A stretch of 64,000 bases of DNA from Candidatus Bathyarchaeia archaeon (GTDB taxonomy: Archaea > Thermoproteota > Bathyarchaeia > Bathyarchaeales > Bathycorpusculaceae): positions 544,001 to 608,000 of the forward strand of contig JBEKKK010000001.1 of the NCBI GenBank assembly GCA_050010755.1, written 5' to 3'. Of the stretch, positions 57,189 to 64,000 are shown one piece after another. The notes under the pieces are model-generated. The model saw nothing but the letters and a program-made list of their open reading frames with translations, searched no databases and had not been told where the DNA came from. A program made the translations under genes and the position numbers. Numbering within the stretch: the first letter of the stretch is position 1; each line of letters opens with the position of its first letter.

Positions 57189-57613
57189 GAGTTGCACGAT
57201 CCGTTCGAAATCATTGTTTATTAGCGTTGCTGAAAAATCAGAATGGCAATTGCTTCTCCCAGAAGAAAGAGGCCAAGACCCATCGAATCCAAGGTACGCA
57301 ATCTCTGTTTGATTGCGCGCGCGTTCTTCACTAAAATAACGAGGTCAGGATCTCCCTAGATATTCACTCCGCCTGTGCTGCCTGTTTTCATCCTTTTCGT
57401 GCGGATGAGAGAGTTCGGCCCTGAGGCAAGGCCGATGGTCAATGGTTTTAGCTCAAATGCAGCAATGGAATTGCAGTGCAATGCCTCGGCTCAGGCGAAT
57501 CTCAAAGCATTGACTGCAACAAATACCAACAGGGTTCGCTTCCAAATTTCTATGTCCAAGCGATTCGATTAGTCTTATAAAGAGAAGTAGAAATTAGTAT
57601 TGAGGTTAAGAAC

Positions 57614-58798
57614 ATGCGGGAAGAGGATGATTGGAGTTCGAAGAGGCTGAAAGAGATTATGTCACTTGGATCGCTGCAAGCCACGAAGATGAGAGATGTT
57701 GCTCTGAAAACTAAAGATGTAATCAAATTGACCTCGGGTGAGCCTAATTTTGTCACACCCTCTCATATAAGAGAGGCAGCCAAAAAGGCTCTTGACGAAG
57801 GAAATACTTTTTACACGCCTACGAGCGGCATTCCAGAGTTTAGAGAGGCAATTGCAGACAAGATAGAAGAAGACTTTGGAGTACAGGTGGATCCAGAATC
57901 TGAAGTAATGGCTACACCAGGTGCAATTGAAGGCATATTTCTTGCCATCATGTGTACTGTCAATCCAGGGGAAGAAGTGTTGATTCCTGAGCCGGGTTAT
58001 GTTGGCTACGCCCCCTGTGTGAAGTTCGCTGGTGGAAACCCGATATCAGTACCTCTTGACGAGGAGAGGGGATTTGAACTTAAGCCTTCTGAGATAGAGG
58101 ATAGAATTACAGAGAAAACAAAGATGATTATTTTGAACTCGCCCAGTAATCCAACGGGAATGGTGATCGATCTCAAGAATCTGAAAGTCATAGCTGAAAT
58201 AGCCAAAAAACACGATCTGTTAGTGCTGTCAGATGAAGCTTACGAAAAAATGGTTTATGATGATGCTAGGCACTACAGCATCTTTGCGCTCCCTGAAATG
58301 AGGAATAGAACCATTATGGTGGGTAGTTTTTCGAAAACTTATGCCATGACGGGCTGGAGAATTGGATATCTCGTTGCGGAAAAGAGCTTAGTTCAGAATA
58401 TGCTTAAGATACAGGGTTCAATTGTGTTGTGTACAAATGGTGTCGTCCAGAAGGCAGCCGTAGCAGCACTTAAAGGGCCCCAAGATTCAATTGCAGCGAT
58501 GGTCAAGGAATTTGACAAGCGCAGGCATTTTATAGTTGATGGGCTAAACTCAATTGATGGATTTTCTTGTCAGTTGCCGAAAGGAGCGTTTTTTGTTTTT
58601 CCGAACATTACAGAATTTGGTTTGGATTCGGCCAAAATGACTCAGTTCTTGATTGAGGAAGCAAAAGTCGCTGTTTATCCCGGGATCGCATACGGCAATC
58701 TTGGCGAGGGCCATATTAGGCTAACCTACGCGGCCTCGATAAAAGATATAGAAACTGCGCTCCAAAGAATAGAAGTTAGTGTTAAAAAGCTGAGATAG
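57614..58798 (+). CDS. Class I/II PLP-dependent aminotransferase
   Basis: GEPNF, PSNPTG, SDEAY, SFSKTYAMTGWRIG. Confidence 0.95.
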   Translation: MREEDDWSSKRLKEIMSLGSLQATKMRDVALKTKDVIKLTSGEPNFVTPSHIREAAKKALDEGNTFYTPTSGIPEFREAIADKIEEDFGVQVDPESEVMATPGAIEGIFLAIMCTVNPGEEVLIPEPGYVGYAPCVKFAGGNPISVPLDEERGFELKPSEIEDRITEKTKMIILNSPSNPTGMVIDLKNLKVIAEIAKKHDLLVLSDEAYEKMVYDDARHYSIFALPEMRNRTIMVGSFSKTYAMTGWRIGYLVAEKSLVQNMLKIQGSIVLCTNGVVQKAAVAALKGPQDSIAAMVKEFDKRRHFIVDGLNSIDGFSCQLPKGAFFVFPNITEFGLDSAKMTQFLIEEAKVAVYPGIAYGNLGEGHIRLTYAASIKDIETALQRIEVSVKKLR

Positions 58799-58799
58799 A

Positions 58800-60125
58800 T
58801 TATTCCTGTTCGATGATTAGTTCGATGTTTTGCCCCGAAACACTTATGTCGCCCAGCTTTTTTCTGTTTAGAATACAGTCATGGAAGTAGTGTGAGAACA
58901 AGGAACTTTGCTTAATTCCGATCACTTGCCAGCCGATGATTGTGTCTGTACCCTCATTGACAATCACTCTCATCAAGTTCTTTGAAGCTAATTGGGGAAA
59001 CGAAAAGAGTTCTGGTTTCTTAATTCTTGCCTTGAATGCCTTCGCGCTTATTCCGAGATTCTTGGCTTCTTCCACACTTAGGCCGATGCTTATTATCTCT
59101 GTGTCGAATATTTTGTTGTACTGTCTTCTTATGATTCCTTCATATGTTTTTTCAACTCCCACAGCATTGGCTCCTGCGATTTTTGCCGTGAGTGCTGCAA
59201 TACTGCCAAGTGGCCGATAAACACTCTTTCCGCTTACGAAATCGAGGCTTTCTGAACAATCACCCGTGGCGTAAACACCATTTAGTCCAGTCTGCATTTT
59301 ATTGTCGGCTCTGATGGCACAGTTTTTCGCAATTGTCAAACCGATAGATTTGGCTAGTCTTGTATCAGGTTCAACACCAGTTGCGAATATGACAACATCT
59401 GATTTGAGTGCCCTTTCGCCAATGACTACGCGCTCTACCCTTCGGTTTCCTTCAATTCTCTCGATCGTAGATCCAATCAATATTTTGACACCGCGTATCT
59501 GTGCGCGATGAACCAATGCTTGGGAAAGATCTTGTTCCAATATTCCTCTCAGGATTCTTGAACGAACTACAAGCGTCACACTTAATTTTCTGTGGGATAG
59601 GGCTTCTGCAGTGTCGAGCCCAACGAACCCCGCCCCTACCACGTACGCTGTCATTCCACTTGACAAGAACTCTGACGTAGCAAGGGCTTCTCGGAACTTT
59701 CTGACAGTGAAAACGCCACGTAGCCCCACGCCCTCAGTTTTTGGTACCAACGGTGAGGCCCCTGTTGCAATTATCAGTTTGTCATAGGTAACAGCAGAAG
59801 TCGAACCAAGTTGTTCTTGTCCTATCTTCTTCAGGTAGACTGCGTGAATGGAATGTTCGATTTCGGAGATATTGTATCCTGAAAGAACTTGGATGCCTGA
59901 TTTGTTCAACGTTTCATGAGGAAAAATCCCTATCTTTTCAACATCGCTCACTGCACCAGATATTACAGCAGTGAGAGAAGGTCTTGAATACGTCATTATT
60001 TCATCAGTGACAAGTGCAACTGATTTTCTAGGTTGCAGATTTCTTGCCTCAATTGCCGCTTGAATTCCTGCAACTCCGCCCCCTATTACTAATAGATTAA
60101 AATGTGCAGTCGGCAACAAGCTCAC
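58800..60125 (-). CDS. FAD/NAD(P)-dependent pyridine nucleotide-disulfide family oxidoreductase
   Basis: GGGVAG, YSRP, ATGA, GAGFVG, YATGD. Confidence 0.88.
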   Translation of the reverse strand: MSLLPTAHFNLLVIGGGVAGIQAAIEARNLQPRKSVALVTDEIMTYSRPSLTAVISGAVSDVEKIGIFPHETLNKSGIQVLSGYNISEIEHSIHAVYLKKIGQEQLGSTSAVTYDKLIIATGASPLVPKTEGVGLRGVFTVRKFREALATSEFLSSGMTAYVVGAGFVGLDTAEALSHRKLSVTLVVRSRILRGILEQDLSQALVHRAQIRGVKILIGSTIERIEGNRRVERVVIGERALKSDVVIFATGVEPDTRLAKSIGLTIAKNCAIRADNKMQTGLNGVYATGDCSESLDFVSGKSVYRPLGSIAALTAKIAGANAVGVEKTYEGIIRRQYNKIFDTEIISIGLSVEEAKNLGISAKAFKARIKKPELFSFPQLASKNLMRVIVNEGTDTIIGWQVIGIKQSSLFSHYFHDCILNRKKLGDISVSGQNIELIIEQE

Positions 60126-60228
60126 TTCGCGAAGTATTGAAGAGCCTCGTTAAAAAGAGTTGCTTCCTGTCGAAAGAAAAATAAGTCACAGAAAAGCATT
60201 ACAACATGGATATCTGGTGTAAGGATAT

Positions 60229-60780
60229 ATGAAGGAGGATTCCCAAAAATTCTTGAATGTAGATTCTGACGTATGTACAGGTTGCAGGATATGTGAACTG
60301 CGCTGTTCGCTTCATCATCGCAGAGAATCAAACCCTTCTAGAGCCTTGCTTCATGTTGTTCGACTGGAGTCACAAGGGTTGTTCATCCCCACAGTGTGCA
60401 AGCATTGCACTGAGGCTTTTTGCATCTCTGCATGTCCAACCGGTGCAATGTACAGAGACAGCTCAACTGGTGCCGTTCTGGTTGATACTGCGAAGTGTGT
60501 AGGATGCCGTTCTTGCATAGTTGCATGCCCTTGGGGACTCGTGTGGATGAATCCTGAAGGCAAAATTGATAAGTGCGACCTTTGCGGAGGAGACCCTCAG
60601 TGCGCTAAGTGGTGTCCAACTGAAGCAATCAAATATGCATGCTCGGACAAACAACACGTGAAGAAAATGAGAAGAGCCGCCATAAAGGACGCGCCTGGTG
60701 TGAAGGATAAGGAAGCATTACTTCAAAAGATCTACTATAGTGGTCGCGATCGGATTTTGTCGGACGCGAAAAAGGAGTGA
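60229..60780 (+). CDS. Polyferredoxin (4Fe-4S dicluster) subunit, AorA-like
   Basis: Four Cys motifs (CTGCRICELRC, CKHC..C...CP, CVGCRSC...CP, CDLC..C...CP). Confidence 0.92.
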   Translation: MKEDSQKFLNVDSDVCTGCRICELRCSLHHRRESNPSRALLHVVRLESQGLFIPTVCKHCTEAFCISACPTGAMYRDSSTGAVLVDTAKCVGCRSCIVACPWGLVWMNPEGKIDKCDLCGGDPQCAKWCPTEAIKYACSDKQHVKKMRRAAIKDAPGVKDKEALLQKIYYSGRDRILSDAKKE

Positions 60781-62687
60781 TACAATTGTACGGTTATGCA
60801 GGAACTATTTTGAGAATTAATCTTTCGAACGACAAAATCGTGAAAGAGCCATTGAGCATGGATTTTGCGAGAAAGTACATCGGTGGGTCGGGTTTCAACG
60901 CTAGGGTTCTGTACGATAATGTTGGACCGAATGTAGATCCCTTCAGTCCGGACAATCTCTTTATGGTCGGGATCGGCGCACTCTCTGGAACATTGGCTCC
61001 CTGTTGCTCTAGAGTTACCTTCACAGCTCGGTCACCTCAGACCGGAATTTTCGGAGATGCAAATTCTGGTGGAGATTTTGGCTCTACAGTGAAGTTCGCT
61101 GGCTATGACCAAATAGTGGTAGAAGGAAAAGCAAAGAAACCTGTGTACATTTGGATTGACGATGACAATGTTGAGATAAGAAACGGGGAGCATCTGTGGG
61201 GAAAAGATACGTGGGAGACTGACCAGATAATCAAAGATGAACACGGAGATGAAGAGATTAGAACCGCAATCACAGGACCCGCCGGAGAAAACAAGGTTCT
61301 CATGGCCAGTATAATTGTGCAAAGATACAGAGCGGCTGCAAGAACAGGTTTAGGCGCAGTTATGGGATCAAAGAACTTGAAAGCAATTGCCGTTAGAGGA
61401 ACAAAAGCAGTCCAAATTGCAAAAGTGGATGAATTCGAAAGCTTGGCGAACGAATCCGTTTTGTCTATCATGGGTCATCACTCGTACAAGCGTTTCGCTA
61501 CTTACGGAACCTTGGATCAAATCGCTTCGTACAACGATATGGGGCTCGCGCGTGTGAAGAATGGAACGGAGCATCATCTGGAAAATCTTGAAGACATAAC
61601 GGCAGAAACTCTTGAAAAGAAGTACAAAGTCAGAAGTATGGCTTGTTTCGCGTGTCCCATACATTGCACACATTTTCATTCTATTGAGGAGGGGAAGTTC
61701 GCAGGGACGATGGGAGGCAAACCTGAGCTTACCGCGGCAGAAGCCTTCGGGACAAATGTTGGCAACAGCGATCTAGCTTCCATATGTTACCTTCAAGACT
61801 TGTCGAACAGACTGGCAATCGACATCCATGAGCTTGGAGACGTAATCGGCATGTCTATGGAGTGGTACGAAAAAGGAATTATTACAAAAGAACAAACAGG
61901 CGGAATAGAATTAACATGGGGCAATGTCGACGCCATGATTCAAATCACGGAAAAGATCGCCAATGTTGAAGGTTTCGGCAGAATTCTTGCCAAAGGGGTC
62001 AAAGGTGCTTGTGAAGCGATGAGCCTGACGTATCCTAGACCGGGGCACATAAAGGGTCTTGGAATGACGTACAAAGATCTGAGGGGCGGTAAGAGCTGGG
62101 CTTTGGCATATGCCGTGAACCCGAGAGGGGCTGACCATCTAAAAGGGTATCCTGTCTTCGAGGCAGTAGGAGATCGAGAGACAGCTAAGAAATTCTTCGG
62201 AAGCGAAAACATAGTTGTTCCATATTCGGACGATCCTGCGAAAGGACCGATGGTAAAGTGGCATGAAGACTTTATTCAAGTATTGGCGTCCACTGGATTA
62301 TGTGTACTCGAGTGTCTATTCCTATTTGAAAGCGTTAGCGCAAAAATGATTGCGGGGATGATGTCTGCAGCAACTGGGTGGGACATGTCAGAACAGGAAC
62401 TGCTGAGAGCTGGCGAGAGAAACTATCACTTGATGAAATGCTATAACATGAGGCTGGGATTGACAAGCAAAGATGATACAATCCCTGAGTATTTCCTGAA
62501 AGAACCTGTTTCAGATGGCCCCGCTAAAGGTCAGGTGGTACGACTGGACGTGATGAAAAGGGCTTATTACAAGGCAAGAGGATGGGACGTTAAGAAAGGT
62601 GTCCCCTCTCGAGAGAAATTAGTAGAACTGGATCTTAAGGATGTCGCAGACGACTTGGAAAAACGTGGAGTTTTGCCTAAGTCTTAA
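60777..62687 (+). CDS. Tungsten-dependent aldehyde:ferredoxin oxidoreductase family protein
   Basis: GYAGTILRINLS, GPAGE, AARTGLGAVMGSKNLKAI, CFACPIHC, RGADH, GLC, YYKARGW. Confidence 0.95.
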   Translation: MIQLYGYAGTILRINLSNDKIVKEPLSMDFARKYIGGSGFNARVLYDNVGPNVDPFSPDNLFMVGIGALSGTLAPCCSRVTFTARSPQTGIFGDANSGGDFGSTVKFAGYDQIVVEGKAKKPVYIWIDDDNVEIRNGEHLWGKDTWETDQIIKDEHGDEEIRTAITGPAGENKVLMASIIVQRYRAAARTGLGAVMGSKNLKAIAVRGTKAVQIAKVDEFESLANESVLSIMGHHSYKRFATYGTLDQIASYNDMGLARVKNGTEHHLENLEDITAETLEKKYKVRSMACFACPIHCTHFHSIEEGKFAGTMGGKPELTAAEAFGTNVGNSDLASICYLQDLSNRLAIDIHELGDVIGMSMEWYEKGIITKEQTGGIELTWGNVDAMIQITEKIANVEGFGRILAKGVKGACEAMSLTYPRPGHIKGLGMTYKDLRGGKSWALAYAVNPRGADHLKGYPVFEAVGDRETAKKFFGSENIVVPYSDDPAKGPMVKWHEDFIQVLASTGLCVLECLFLFESVSAKMIAGMMSAATGWDMSEQELLRAGERNYHLMKCYNMRLGLTSKDDTIPEYFLKEPVSDGPAKGQVVRLDVMKRAYYKARGWDVKKGVPSREKLVELDLKDVADDLEKRGVLPKS

Positions 62688-62714
62688 TAAAAAAGAGCGA
62701 TGACGTGAGAAGAC

Positions 62715-63938
62715 ATGTCGCATATATATGGGCAGTTTGGCGTTGATTGGGAAGAACGCGTGGACTTTCAAAAACTAAGGAAAGAGCGCCTCGTAAGACT
62801 GAAGGAACAGATGAAAGAACAAGAAATCGACGCTATTCTTGCGTTCCGACCCGAAAACATTCGGTATGCCACGTCATACAGACCATTGTGGTGGACAACC
62901 GGGATGGCAGTTACAAGGAATGCCACAATTGTCTCAAGAGATCAAGATCCCATTCTATACGTGGCAAGCGGTGACTGGGCGCGCGCCTCAACCACGATGC
63001 CGTGGCTCAAGAACGAAAATGTCCGGCCCATTGCAGTCTTGGAGGATTTAGAGGTTTTCAAAACAACAGTAAATGAGTTCAAAAAGGAGTTGACCAACTT
63101 AGGTGTCGCAGATGGCAGAATAGGGATAGATGCCACACGGTTCGGACTGACTCAACAACTGCAACAAGCATTGCCGAACGCAGCTTTCGTCGATGGAGAC
63201 GATGTTTTCATAAAAGCGAGGGTCATAAAGACAGTAGAGGAGAGAGAGCTGATGCGAGTATCTTCTGCCATCGCATCCTTTGCTATGGAAAGCACTATAA
63301 ATCTAATACAGTCTGGGAAAAGAGAATGTGAACTGCTGGGCGAAGCAATGCGGATTCTCTATTCCTTTGGAATGGAAGTCCCCCAATGCAACTTGATCAT
63401 CGCCTCTGGGAATCACACCATGCCGCTCTACAGGTTTGCGTCCGACAAGCCGATAAGAAGAGGGGAATTAGTGTTATTAGATCTTGGCGGATGCTTCAAT
63501 GGATACTTTTCAGACCAGACCCGCACTGTCATTCACGGAAACCCAACTGAAAAGCAAAAAGATATCTACAGAACAGTGTTCGATTCAATACAAACCATCA
63601 TGAAAGTCATGAAGCCAGAGGCACTAAACACAGACGTTAACAAAGCGGTGAGAGACATTATGAAGGAGCACGGTTTCGAAAAAGAAGCATACTTCGGCGT
63701 ACTTGGCCACAGTATAGGCATAGCGGGTTTAGAGGCGCCATTCATTGGTGAACGTGTACTGACCGGCGACCAGAAATTCGTGCAGTTCAAACTCAAAGCT
63801 GGAATGATATTCTCCATGGAGCCTACTGTCGCTGCGCAAGGCGTCGGAGGAGTACGTTTGGAAGACACTATCATGATAACCGAATCGGGCAACGAGGTTC
63901 TCTCCACAGCTCCATATGATGAGAAACTCTTGAGGTGA
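62715..63938 (+). CDS. M24 (Xaa-Pro) metallopeptidase family protein
   Basis: Creatinase-like N-terminus; metal ligands DLGG, FSD, GHSIG, MEP, RLED. Confidence 0.92.
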   Translation: MSHIYGQFGVDWEERVDFQKLRKERLVRLKEQMKEQEIDAILAFRPENIRYATSYRPLWWTTGMAVTRNATIVSRDQDPILYVASGDWARASTTMPWLKNENVRPIAVLEDLEVFKTTVNEFKKELTNLGVADGRIGIDATRFGLTQQLQQALPNAAFVDGDDVFIKARVIKTVEERELMRVSSAIASFAMESTINLIQSGKRECELLGEAMRILYSFGMEVPQCNLIIASGNHTMPLYRFASDKPIRRGELVLLDLGGCFNGYFSDQTRTVIHGNPTEKQKDIYRTVFDSIQTIMKVMKPEALNTDVNKAVRDIMKEHGFEKEAYFGVLGHSIGIAGLEAPFIGERVLTGDQKFVQFKLKAGMIFSMEPTVAAQGVGGVRLEDTIMITESGNEVLSTAPYDEKLLR

Positions 63939-63942
63939 TATC

Positions 63943-64000
63943 ATGAAGGAGATTAGAATTCATGGAAGAGGAGGTCAGGGAGCGGCCACGGCAGGGGAGA
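63943..64000 (+). CDS. 2-oxoacid:ferredoxin oxidoreductase gamma subunit (cut by window end)
   Basis: Manual translation MKEIRIHGRGGQGAATAGE. Confidence 0.85.
   Translation, partial: MKEIRIHGRGGQGAATAGE

Noticed and set aside
57375-57572. 65-aa ORF between nikR and the aminotransferase
   Set aside because: No motif or convincing start
57614-63938. Selenocysteine or pyrrolysine read-through in the redox genes
   Set aside because: All ORFs are full-length for their families, with no internal stop needing recoding
1-64000. CRISPR array, cas genes or rRNA
   Set aside because: No regularly spaced repeat-spacer array, Cas motifs or rRNA signatures seen

Overview
Archaeal chromosome segment, most consistent with Bathyarchaeia (TACK). 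This rests on archaeal translation and secretion genes, many TTG/GTG starts, tRNA introns at non-canonical positions and an EndA with a crenarchaeal-type loop; the taxonomy is an inference. Core blocks are srp54-pus10-rpl21e-rpoF-DUF655-rsmA-hemK, dtdA-(insert)-secE-spt5-rpl11-rpl1-rplP0-(insert)-rpl12, and rnp4-yhbY-(insert)-rps19e-PDCD5-rpl39e-rpl31e-eIF6-LX-pfdA-ftsY. Also present are AsnRS, GlyRS, lipid genes, satP-acs and two divergent tRNA genes, each with a D-loop insertion. The core operons are repeatedly interrupted by accessory DNA. The most notable signals are: (1) a cohesin-domain plus GxGD intramembrane protease fusion; (2) an IS6-type inverted-repeat element with a transposase remnant that carries a membrane-tethered wHTH-TM-Ig regulator; (3) an ORF-less structured unit with a putative promoter and terminator (candidate ncRNA) between rplP0 and rpl12; (4) NikR divergent from a CPS-motif P1B ATPase; (5) a haloarchaeal-type phosphomevalonate decarboxylase; (6) a 60-bp dispersed repeat; (7) no ftsZ in the dtdA-secE slot; and (8) a peptide-fermentation/AOR cluster at the right end. 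All calls come from motif recognition by eye; no database searches or folding programs were run.
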